Assembly: GCA_963621145.1 (NCBI GenBank)
Contig: CAVFDI010000001.1
Coordinates: 79,066-143,065, forward strand
Length of the DNA stretch: 64,000 bases
From: Paludibacteraceae bacterium
GTDB taxonomy: Bacteria > Bacteroidota > Bacteroidia > Bacteroidales > Paludibacteraceae
Direction of reading: 5' to 3'
Within the stretch, counting starts at the first letter, position 1. Each line of letters starts with the position of its first letter. Positions 53,867 through 61,765 of this stretch are shown here, piece after piece. The translations under genes and the position numbers were made by a program. The notes below the pieces were generated by a model. The model saw only the letters and a program-made list of their open reading frames with translations. It was not told the origin of the DNA and made no database searches.

Positions 53867-54208
53867 ATGCTACGCGGAACAACAACATTCGTCTGCGATG
53901 AGTGCGGCCACAAGTTCGAAGGCTTGGATATGGAGTGGAATGCCACTGCGGCTTCTACTCCGCAAAAATGCCCGAACTGTGGCAGCATGCATACCTCTCC
54001 GTCTGGATTGCTTGCATTGCTGAATAAAGGAATTTATCGCAAGATTTGGAAACATCTAGACGAAAGGAATGATAAGTTGCGCAGAAATCCGCTAAATCTC
54101 CGCTCTTGCACACAAAATGAAAAAATTTTTCTTTTTCGCTTGTGCATTCAAAAAAAATGCGTACCTTTGCAGCGCATTTGCGAGAGCAAGATTGGTGGAT
54201 TAGTCTAG
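53867..54208 (+). CDS. small zinc-ribbon protein (CxxC...CxxC) with a suspicious 3' extension
   Basis: MLRGTTTFVCDECGHKFEGLDMEW...QKCPNCGSMH. The ORF has no stop until 54206..54208, after crossing the tRNA-Glu promoter and the first 15 nt of the tRNA. Confidence 0.4.
   Translation: MLRGTTTFVCDECGHKFEGLDMEWNATAASTPQKCPNCGSMHTSPSGLLALLNKGIYRKIWKHLDERNDKLRRNPLNLRSCTQNEKIFLFRLCIQKKCVPLQRICESKIGGLV
54162..54169 (+). promoter_or_regulatory. -7 box TACCTTTG for tRNA-Glu
   Basis: Consensus box 24 nt upstream of tRNA position 1. Confidence 0.55.
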
Positions 54209-54266
54209 CGGTCTAGGACACCGGCCTCTCACGCCGGGAACACGGGTTCGAGTCCCGTATCCACTA
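54194..54266 (+). tRNA. tRNA-Glu (anticodon CTC)
   Basis: Hand-folded cloverleaf: acceptor ggtggat/atccact (G1-U72 wobble), D stem gtct/agac-like, anticodon stem ccggc/gccgg with loop ctCTCac, T arm acggg-ttcgagt-cccgt. 73 nt. Confidence 0.88.
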
Positions 54267-54272
54267 CAAATT

Positions 54273-54311
54273 TAGCCGATTTTCTGAAAAAGAAAATCGG
54301 CTATTTTTTTT
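54273..54311 (+). terminator. rho-independent terminator after tRNA-Glu
   Basis: Perfect 12-bp stem tagccgattttc / gaaaatcggcta followed by TTTTTTTT. Confidence 0.8.
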
Positions 54312-54340
54312 CGGAATATACGCCAAAACACCATTGTAGG

Positions 54341-54372
54341 AAAAAATAGGGACGTGCCATGGCGCGTCCCTA
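54341..54372 (-). terminator. terminator for dcp (minus strand)
   Basis: tagggacg / cgtcccta stem with a T-run on the minus strand (plus-strand aaaaaa at 54341..54346). Confidence 0.55.
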
Positions 54373-54418
54373 AAATGTAGTTATTCGGCTAGAAATCAGA
54401 ATTTTAACCGCACAGTCT

Positions 54419-54446
54419 TAATTCATAATTCATAATTCAAAATTTA
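54419..54446 (-). repeat. heptad tract (GAATTNN)n abutting the dcp stop
   Basis: The sense strand reads TAA ATTTT GAATTAT GAATTAT GAATTAA G. Confidence 0.85.
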
Positions 54447-56537
54447 CTTCAGTCCGCGTCCGCGCAGCATGGCGTCGGGGTTGGGCTGTGCGCCACGGAA
54501 ACGGGTGAAGAGCAGCATCGGGTCTTCGCTGCCACCTTTCTCCAAGCAGTTGGTGCGGAACGAGTGCGCTGTGGCTTCGTCGAAAATGCCGTTCTGGCGG
54601 AATAGCTCGAAGGCGTCCTTGTCCAACACTTCGGCCCAGAGGTAACTGTAGTAGCCAGCGCAGTAGCCGTTGTTGAACACATGATTGAAGTTGGTGGTGG
54701 TGTAGCGCGGCGCAATCTCAGGAATCAAGCCAATTTCGCCCATCACTACACGCTCGAATGTCTGCGAGTCGATGTCGTCGATCGATGTGAGCTCGTGCCA
54801 TTTCATGTCGAGAATGGCGGCGGCAGTGAGTTCGGTGGTGGCAAATCCTTGGTTGAATTTCGACGAACGATTTATCTTCTCGACCAGCGAATCGGGAATG
54901 ACCTCGCCAGTCTGATAGTGGTGCGCATACATGGCCAAGACTTCGGGTTGGAATGCCCAATTTTCGTTTATCTGGCTCATCATCTCCACAAAATCGCGCG
55001 GTACATTGGTTCCGCTCACGCTTGGGTAGTGGCATTGCGACAGCAGGCTGTGCAGTGCGTGTCCAAACTCGTGGAAGAGCGTTTCAACCTCGTCGATGGT
55101 GAGCAGCGAAGGCGTGTTGGCAGTGGGTTTTGTGAAATTGCCCACATTCACCACCACGGGGCGCACCATGTTGCCATCGATGTTTTGCTGACTGCGGAAA
55201 TCGTTCATCCAAGCGCCACCGCGTTTGCTTGCGCGAGGATAATAATCGGTGTAGAACAGTCCGATGAGCGAGCCATCGGCATCGGTCACTTTGAATGCCT
55301 CCACATCGGGGTGATAGATTGGCACCGAGTCGAGTTTTTCGAAATTCAAACCGTAGAGTTTGTGAGCGCAGGCAAAAGCACCTTCGCGCACACGTTCCAT
55401 TTGGAAATATGGCTTTATTTCGTCTTCGTTCAGCGCATATTTTTCGCGGCGAAGCAGTTCGGTGTAGTAGTCCCAATCCCATGCCTCGAGTTTGAAACCG
55501 CCGTGGTTGCGGTCGATGAGTGCTTGCAGTTCGGCGCGCTCGGCTTTGGCGCAGTTGTTGGCTGCCTCGAAAATCTCGCCGAGGAATTTATCCACTGCTT
55601 TGGCATTTTTCGCCATTGTCTCTTCCAAAATGAAGTCGGCTGGCGTGTCGAATCCGAGCAGTTGCGCTTTCTCGATGCGCAGACGCATGATGTTCAGCAC
55701 AATTTTGTTGTTGTCGTTCTCGTTGCCGTTGTTGCCGCGGTTGATGTAGGCTTTGTAGACCTGTTCGCGCAGGTCGCGGCGTTGGCTGTATTGCAGGAAC
55801 GGAATGCGGCTTGGAGCGTGCAGCGTAATCAGGTATTTGCCCTCGTGACCAGCTTCGGTAGCGGCTTCGGCGGCAGCGGTGCGCACAGCTTCGGGCAGAC
55901 CAGTAAGGTCGGTCTCGTCGAGCAGCAGTTGGAAGGCGTTGTTTTCGGCCAAGAGGTTTGTACCAAATTTCTGTTCGAGTGCCGAAAGTTGTTTGTTTAT
56001 TTCGCGCAGACGAGCCTGCGAGTCAGCGTCGAGAGCGATGCCATTGCGCACAAAATTGCGGTTCATATTCTCCAAAACGGTGGCTTGCTCGGGCGTGAGT
56101 TGCAGCGAGTCTTTTTGTGCATAAATGGTGGCCACGCGCTTGTAGAGGTCGGCATTCATAAAGATGTTGTCGCTGTTTTCGGAGATGAGCGGCAGTGCCT
56201 CTTCTACAATGGCATTCAGGTGGTCGTTGCCATCGGTTTCGACTATGTTGAATAGCACGCCAACCACGCGTGTGAGCAGGCTACCCGATTTCTCATAAGC
56301 CTCGATGGTGTTGGCAAAAGTTGGGGCGGCAGTGTCGGCCACGATGGCAGCAATTTCGGCCTGTTGTTGTGCAATTCCTTCGCGAATGGCAGGCAGATAA
56401 TCGTCCTCTTCTATCTGGTCGAATGGCGGCAAACCGTAGGGCGTGTCCCACTCGGCAATGAACGGATTTTTGTGATTGTCGCAAGCAGTAAGCATAAGCG
56501 TTGCAATTAGTGTTAAAGTGATTCCAAAGTGTTTCAT
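54444..56537 (-). CDS. dcp: M3-family peptidyl-dipeptidase (Dcp-like) lipoprotein
   Basis: HEFGHALH zinc motif, ~700 aa, lipoprotein signal MKHFGITLTLIATLMLTAC. Confidence 0.92.
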   Translation of the reverse strand: MKHFGITLTLIATLMLTACDNHKNPFIAEWDTPYGLPPFDQIEEDDYLPAIREGIAQQQAEIAAIVADTAAPTFANTIEAYEKSGSLLTRVVGVLFNIVETDGNDHLNAIVEEALPLISENSDNIFMNADLYKRVATIYAQKDSLQLTPEQATVLENMNRNFVRNGIALDADSQARLREINKQLSALEQKFGTNLLAENNAFQLLLDETDLTGLPEAVRTAAAEAATEAGHEGKYLITLHAPSRIPFLQYSQRRDLREQVYKAYINRGNNGNENDNNKIVLNIMRLRIEKAQLLGFDTPADFILEETMAKNAKAVDKFLGEIFEAANNCAKAERAELQALIDRNHGGFKLEAWDWDYYTELLRREKYALNEDEIKPYFQMERVREGAFACAHKLYGLNFEKLDSVPIYHPDVEAFKVTDADGSLIGLFYTDYYPRASKRGGAWMNDFRSQQNIDGNMVRPVVVNVGNFTKPTANTPSLLTIDEVETLFHEFGHALHSLLSQCHYPSVSGTNVPRDFVEMMSQINENWAFQPEVLAMYAHHYQTGEVIPDSLVEKINRSSKFNQGFATTELTAAAILDMKWHELTSIDDIDSQTFERVVMGEIGLIPEIAPRYTTTNFNHVFNNGYCAGYYSYLWAEVLDKDAFELFRQNGIFDEATAHSFRTNCLEKGGSEDPMLLFTRFRGAQPNPDAMLRGRGLK

Positions 56538-56693
56538 ATTTCAAATTGGGTTGATAAGTTGATTAGTTTAACGCATTGGTGTTGGTCTGTGAAATTTATT
56601 TCTAATTTCTGGTTTCTAGTTGTTGGTAGCCGAAGAGCCGTAATCTTCAAATAATTAAATAATTGGGAATTAGATAATTGGGTAATTAAGAAG

Positions 56694-56770
56694 TCTTTCG
56701 TCTTTACTCTTTTGTCTTTACTCTTTCGTCTTTATTCTTTATTCTATAACCTATAACTTCTCACCTATTC
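56694..56770 (-). repeat. heptad tract of 11 consecutive 7-nt units 3' of yidC
   Basis: Plus strand: TCTTTCG TCTTTAC TCTTTTG TCTTTAC TCTTTCG TCTTTAT TCTTTAT TCTATAA CCTATAA CTTCTCA CCTATTC. Confidence 0.85.
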
Positions 56771-56774
56771 AGAT

Positions 56775-58652
56775 TTAGCGTCGTTTCTGCTGTTGTTGCA
56801 TAGCTTTCATCTGTTCGCGCTGGGCGGCTTCGAGGCGTGCAAGGAAACCTTTCTTTTTCGATGGTTTGGCTTTCTTAGCTTCGAGTTTTGCAAGCAACTT
56901 TTTCTCGTCGATGCAGAGGCGGAAAATGTAGGTTTGCAGAATGGTGAACAGCAGCGAGATGAAATAGTAGTAGCTCAAGCCCGATGCATAATCGTTGAAG
57001 ATGAATAGGAACATGAGCGGCATCAGATACATCATCCATTTCATCATTTTCATCTGGTCGGCAGCGCCAGCTTGGCTCGACATGTTTATCTTGGTGTAGA
57101 CAATGTTGGTGATGGTCATCAGTAAGCAGAACAGACTGATGTGGTTGCCAAAATATGGCGTGATGAATGGAATGTAGGCGTCCCAACTAACTATGGCATC
57201 GTAACTCGAAAGGTCGTGCGCCCAAAGAAAACTCTGTTGGCGCAACTCGATAGCCGTTGGGAAGAAAGCGAACATGGCAAACAGAATTGGCATCTGCAGC
57301 AGCATTGGCAGGCAGCCGCTCATTGGACTGACGCCCACTTTGTTGTACAATGCCATGGTGGCTTGCTGGCGTTCTAGCGCTTTTTCGGGCGGATATTTGG
57401 CATTTATCTCGTCTATTTGCGGTTTCAGCACACGCATTTTGGCGGTCGACATGTACGATTTGTAGGTGAACGGCAGCAAAACCAATTTCACCACAATGGT
57501 CATCAGCAAAATGATGATGCCAAAATTGGCGATGTAGCGGTTCAGGAAGTTGAACAGCGGAATCACAAGCCATTCGCTCACCCAGCGGAAAATGGCCCAG
57601 CCCAATGGAATGATTTTTTCGAGGCGCAGACGGTTGTCGCTGTTCTCTATTTCGTCGTCGTAACTGCGCAAAATTTTGTACTGGTTCGGACCCATGTAGA
57701 GGCGGAAGTTGGTTGCTTTGTTGCCTTTGGGGTCGAACGCTACCGATGTTTCGGCTTTGTAGTGTTTCAGATAACCAACGCGCGCATTCTCCATTTTGCT
57801 GTCGAGCGTGGGCGAAATGAACGACTCGTCGGCAATGAAAATGGTGCTGAAGAATTGATCTTTGAAGGCAATCCACTGCACGCGTCCCGAGGTTTTCTCG
57901 CTGTCGTTTTTCGATTCGCTCATCTGCTCCACATCGTCGCCTGTGTAGCGATAGGTGAGGGTAGTGTAGCGGCTCTCGAACTTGCGGCTCTTCTCTTGCT
58001 GACGAATATCTTGTTCCCAAAGCATGTTCAGCGAGGTCATTTGCGGACTCAAATACGCCTGCATGTTGTGCGCCTCGATGTCGAAATGCAGCATATATTC
58101 GTTGCGTGGCAGCGTGTAGCGAAAATCGATGTAACTCTCGTCGTTCACCGCCAAACGCATGGCCAGCGTGGTGTCGTTCAGCACTACTGGCTTGAAAAAC
58201 AGATCTTGCGTATCGATTACACGGTTGTTGCTCGTCAGCAGTGTGAAACCTAGTCGGCTCTCGTCGCCCTGAAATAGATAGAGCGGCAACGAATCGGTGG
58301 TAACGTAGTTTTTGAGTCGTGCTTCGCTTATGCGTCCGCCTTTGTTGCTGATGGTGAGTTGCAGGCGATCGTTTTCGAGCGTGGTGAACTGCTCTTCGCC
58401 CTCGGCTGCAGCGGCAAAATCGCCATAAATGGCTGTGTTGCTACGCATTTCGGCCGCGGCTTTTTCGGCAGCTTCTTGCGCCATTTGTGCCTCGAGCATG
58501 GCGGCAGCGCGCTCGGCTTCGCGCACGGCAGCAATGGAGTCGCGACGGTGTTTGGCGGCGGCTTGTTGTTCCGCACTCGGACGAATGTACCAACTGTAGC
58601 CAATCAGAATCAGGCCAATAAGCACAAATCCAGTGATGGTTTTCTTATCCAT
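56775..58652 (-). CDS. yidC: membrane protein insertase YidC
   Basis: N-terminal TM segment, large periplasmic domain, and conserved C-terminal TM core (GCLPMLLQMPILFAMF...) with a basic tail. Confidence 0.93.
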   Translation of the reverse strand: MDKKTITGFVLIGLILIGYSWYIRPSAEQQAAAKHRRDSIAAVREAERAAAMLEAQMAQEAAEKAAAEMRSNTAIYGDFAAAAEGEEQFTTLENDRLQLTISNKGGRISEARLKNYVTTDSLPLYLFQGDESRLGFTLLTSNNRVIDTQDLFFKPVVLNDTTLAMRLAVNDESYIDFRYTLPRNEYMLHFDIEAHNMQAYLSPQMTSLNMLWEQDIRQQEKSRKFESRYTTLTYRYTGDDVEQMSESKNDSEKTSGRVQWIAFKDQFFSTIFIADESFISPTLDSKMENARVGYLKHYKAETSVAFDPKGNKATNFRLYMGPNQYKILRSYDDEIENSDNRLRLEKIIPLGWAIFRWVSEWLVIPLFNFLNRYIANFGIIILLMTIVVKLVLLPFTYKSYMSTAKMRVLKPQIDEINAKYPPEKALERQQATMALYNKVGVSPMSGCLPMLLQMPILFAMFAFFPTAIELRQQSFLWAHDLSSYDAIVSWDAYIPFITPYFGNHISLFCLLMTITNIVYTKINMSSQAGAADQMKMMKWMMYLMPLMFLFIFNDYASGLSYYYFISLLFTILQTYIFRLCIDEKKLLAKLEAKKAKPSKKKGFLARLEAAQREQMKAMQQQQKRR

Positions 58653-58705
58653 AATGAAGGTTTTTATCGATTTTTAGGAAAAATAATGCGCCATTTTTTG
58701 GACTG

Positions 58706-58713
58706 CAAAGTTA
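58706..58713 (-). promoter_or_regulatory. -7 box (TAACTTTG on minus strand) for yidC
   Basis: Plus-strand caaagtta, 54 nt upstream of ATG 58652. Confidence 0.5.
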
Positions 58714-58772
58714 CGATTTTTTTCTGGCGATTGCAAGGGCGAATAATGGGTGTTTGCTCGCCCAATTAAAAC

Positions 58773-58802
58773 AAAAAAAGAGCGACATTTTGCGTGCCGC
58801 TC
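58773..58802 (-). terminator. terminator after xseB (minus strand)
   Basis: gagcggc / gtcgctc stem (one mismatch) followed by TTTTTTT on the minus strand. Confidence 0.5.
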
Positions 58803-58840
58803 CGTTTGTCTATGGTGAATTTATTTCACAAAAAACGCCG

Positions 58841-59029
58841 TTACAGATTTTCGAGCAGTTTTTCTATGGCTTTGTCGGTCTCTTGAAGACGTTTTTTGCA
58901 GATTTTTACCAGTTCGGTGGCCTCTTTCACCTTGGTCGAAAGGTCGTCGAGACTGAGTGTGCCAGCCTCTATCTGCTGAACTATCTGTTCGAGACGCTCA
59001 GCCGCCTGCGTGTAAGTTAGTTGTTCCAT
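58841..59029 (-). CDS. xseB: exodeoxyribonuclease VII small subunit
   Basis: MEQLTYTQAAERLEQIVQQIEAGTLSLDDL...C.KRL, 62 aa helical hairpin. Confidence 0.85.
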   Translation of the reverse strand: MEQLTYTQAAERLEQIVQQIEAGTLSLDDLSTKVKEATELVKICKKRLQETDKAIEKLLENL

Positions 59030-59042
59030 ATTTCTTAAAAGT

Positions 59043-59071
59043 TTCAGATTTCAGATTTCAAATTTCAGATT
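59043..59071 (-). repeat. heptad tract (GAAAT[CT]T)n upstream of the xseB ATG
   Basis: The sense strand reads AATCTGA AATTTGA AATCTGA AATCTGA AAC. It ends ~12 nt before ATG 59029 and belongs to the same word family as 47487..47518. Confidence 0.85.
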
Positions 59072-59280
59072 AGTAGCAAGTAGCAAGATATGAGTCGCAA
59101 GAAAAAGTCGATGCAGTTGAACAATAAATTCTTTTTAATTTCCTAATTCTTCTAAACTCTAACTTCTCACCTATTTGGTTTTGCACTCGCTTATCGCAAA
59201 AATTCAAATTTCAAATTGGCTGTAGTCAGTTTATCGAATCGTACACAAAAAATGTAATTAAGTAATTGGAAATTAAAAAA

Positions 59281-60525
59281 TTAGACAATTTTTGATTTGA
59301 TTGTTCCGTCTGCAAAGTGCGTTTCGATGGTTTCGCCAGCTTTTAGTTCGGTGACCGATTTCACTATTTTGCCGTTTTTCGTTGTCAGTGTGTAGCCGCG
59401 ATTGAGCAGTGTCTTTGGATCAGAAAGTTCGAGCGATTTTTCGATCAGCGATAGGGCATTTTTTGCCGATGAAATGGCGTTTTTTGCCGATTTGTCCAGT
59501 CTGAAAACAATGGTCGAAAGCACATTTTCTTGACGCAAAATTTGCTGTCGTGCGTTGCCCAATCGCGACACGCAGTGTTGCAGCGTCTGCTCATTTTCAT
59601 TCATTATTTCGCCAACAAGTTCGCTCAACTGATTGGCTGCATTTTCGATGCGTTCGTCGTATTGGCGCATGCAATCAATCAAAAATTCGGCTGCAGCGGT
59701 GGGCGTTTTCACGCGTGTGTGAGCCACAAGGTCCACAATGCTGTCGTCGCGCTGGTGACCAATGCCGCTGATTATCGGCAACGGAAATTGTGCGCAGTGC
59801 AACGCTATGTTGTAGTTGTCGAACGCTGCAAGGTCGCTCGTGGCACCGCCTCCGCGAATTATCGCCACGGCATCGAACAGCTCGATGTGGTCGTTTATCT
59901 GGTCGAGAGCCGCTATCACCGATTGTTCGGTGCGGTCGCCTTGCATGGTGGCGGCAAACAGTTTCACATAGAAATGGTAGCCGAAGCGATTGCCTTGCAG
60001 TTGGTCGCAAAAATCGCCAAAACCCGCTGCTGTGGCCGACGAAATCACAGCAATGCGTTGCGGCACAATCGGCATCTCGAGTTCTTTGTTCATATCCACC
60101 ACGCCCTCGTCGGTCAGTCGGTGGATAATCTCGGCGCGACGCATGGCCATGTCGCCAATGGTGAATGCAGGGTCGATGTCGCTAACCTCGAGGCTCAAAC
60201 CATAGACCGAATGGAACGAAGGCTCTACGGCTAGCAGCACTTTCATGCCCACAGCCAATGCCATTCCTGTCGATTCTTCGAAATAGGGCTTCAGCAAATT
60301 GTAGGTATTTTTCCAGATGGTGGCTTTCTGCTTTGCCACTACGGTATCGTTTTCGGGCGATTTTTCAATCAGTTCCAAATAGCAGTGACCGTTGCGATTT
60401 TCGTGCAGTTCGCTAATCTCGGCACGCACCCACACAACGTCCAAAAACGCCGATTTAATCGACATTTTTAGCACCTCGTTCAACTCCGAAAGCGCCAAAG
60501 AATTTATGTGAGCATTTTCGTTCAT
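59281..60525 (-). CDS. xseA: exodeoxyribonuclease VII large subunit
   Basis: ORF trimmed to MNENAHINSLALSELNEVLK (ATG 60525). Has the OB-fold region VWVRAEISELHENRNGHCYLELIEK and the catalytic region IIRGGGATSDLAAFD. Confidence 0.9.
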   Translation of the reverse strand: MNENAHINSLALSELNEVLKMSIKSAFLDVVWVRAEISELHENRNGHCYLELIEKSPENDTVVAKQKATIWKNTYNLLKPYFEESTGMALAVGMKVLLAVEPSFHSVYGLSLEVSDIDPAFTIGDMAMRRAEIIHRLTDEGVVDMNKELEMPIVPQRIAVISSATAAGFGDFCDQLQGNRFGYHFYVKLFAATMQGDRTEQSVIAALDQINDHIELFDAVAIIRGGGATSDLAAFDNYNIALHCAQFPLPIISGIGHQRDDSIVDLVAHTRVKTPTAAAEFLIDCMRQYDERIENAANQLSELVGEIMNENEQTLQHCVSRLGNARQQILRQENVLSTIVFRLDKSAKNAISSAKNALSLIEKSLELSDPKTLLNRGYTLTTKNGKIVKSVTELKAGETIETHFADGTIKSKIV

Positions 60526-60528
60526 GAA

Positions 60529-60563
60529 CTTCTCACTTTTCACTCCTAATTCCTCACTAATCA
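60529..60563 (-). repeat. heptad tract spanning the mnmA stop and the xseA leader
   Basis: Plus strand: CTTCTCA CTTTTCA CTCCTAA TTCCTCA CTAATCA. Sense strand: GATTAGT GAGGAAT TAGGAGT GAAAAGT GAGAAGT. Confidence 0.8.
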
Positions 60564-61630
60564 ATGATTCCTCCGCCCACAACTTTTCCGTCCTGATAAA
60601 GCACTAGCGATTGTCCTGGCGTGATGCCCCAAACGGGTTCGTCGAAATGCAAAGTGCAGTGGTTTCCATCAATTTCGATGGTGGCTGGCGTGGCGGCAGT
60701 TTTGTAGCGTATACGAGCCAAAACCCGCGGATTCATCGAGAGTTTTTTGGCATCAACAAACCTACAATTCGACGCCGAAAGTGTGTTGCTCAGCAAGTCG
60801 TCGCGGTCGCCAAGGGTTACGCGATTGTTCTCGGCATCAATTTTCGTAACATATTTCGGAGTTCCAAAAGCCACTTTTAGCCCTTTTCGCTGACCGATGG
60901 TGTAGTTCGGGAAACCTTCGTGCGTGCCAACCACCATGCCATTTTTGTCGATGAAATCGCCATTTTTGCACCTCTCGGCAAAGTCGGGAACCTGTTCGGC
61001 AAGGAATGTGCGATAGTCGTTGTTTGGCACAAAACAGATCTCTTGGCTCTCGGTTTTTTGCGATAGTTTCACAAATCCGCGCTCGGCTGCCATCTGGCGC
61101 ACTTGCTGCTTGGTGTAGCCGCCCAAAGGGAAAATGGTTCGTGCCAAATTCTGCTCGGTCAGCATCCACAGAAAATAGGTCTGATCTTTGTGCGCATCGG
61201 CGGCGTTGGCAAGGTAGTGATGCCCGTCGCACTGAACAATCTGCGCATAATGTCCCGTAGCGATTTTTTCGCAGCCCATCTCGTCGGCCAAATCGAGCAA
61301 TTTGCCCCATTTAATCGACGAATTGCAAAGCACGCATGGGTTTGGTGTGCGACCACGCATATATTCGTCCACAAAATTGCCGATGACATGCTCACGGAAT
61401 GTGTCGCGCAAGTCGAGAATGTGATGCTCGAAGCCGAGCGTTTGCGCCATTTTTTTGGCTTCCATTATCGAGTCGATGCTGCAACAGCCCTTTTCGCGTG
61501 CAAGGCAACTTTCGCGAATGCTGTCGAACGTACGAAATGTGACGCCCACCAGTTCGTATCCTTGCTCGCGCAACAGCATAGCCGATACCGTGCTGTCGAT
61601 GCCGCCGCTCATGGCCATTAATATCTTCAT
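60557..61630 (-). CDS. mnmA: tRNA 2-thiouridine(34) synthase
   Basis: ORF trimmed to MKILMAMSGGIDSTV (PP-loop SGGxDS). Also NPCVLCN and KDQTYFL. Confidence 0.93.
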   Translation of the reverse strand: MKILMAMSGGIDSTVSAMLLREQGYELVGVTFRTFDSIRESCLAREKGCCSIDSIMEAKKMAQTLGFEHHILDLRDTFREHVIGNFVDEYMRGRTPNPCVLCNSSIKWGKLLDLADEMGCEKIATGHYAQIVQCDGHHYLANAADAHKDQTYFLWMLTEQNLARTIFPLGGYTKQQVRQMAAERGFVKLSQKTESQEICFVPNNDYRTFLAEQVPDFAERCKNGDFIDKNGMVVGTHEGFPNYTIGQRKGLKVAFGTPKYVTKIDAENNRVTLGDRDDLLSNTLSASNCRFVDAKKLSMNPRVLARIRYKTAATPATIEIDGNHCTLHFDEPVWGITPGQSLVLYQDGKVVGGGIID

Positions 61631-61731
61631 AAGTTGAAAAGTTGACGAGTTGAAAAGCCTGTTTTCTGATTTGTAAGAACGCACTGCATGCGTCCGTGTT
61701 CGTTTTGCAGTTTGCTGTGGTTGCGCCCTAT

Positions 61732-61765
61732 TTCTTAATTCATAATTCTAAATTCTTAATTATCA
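61732..61765 (-). repeat. heptad tract (GAATTNN)n abutting a stop codon
   Basis: The sense strand reads TGA TAATTAA GAATTTA GAATTAT GAATTAA GAAA. Confidence 0.85.

Noticed and set aside
54681-56255. 524-aa ORF antisense to the M3 peptidase gene.
   Set aside because: The peptidase frame carries HEFGHALH and a lipoprotein signal. The antisense product is featureless.
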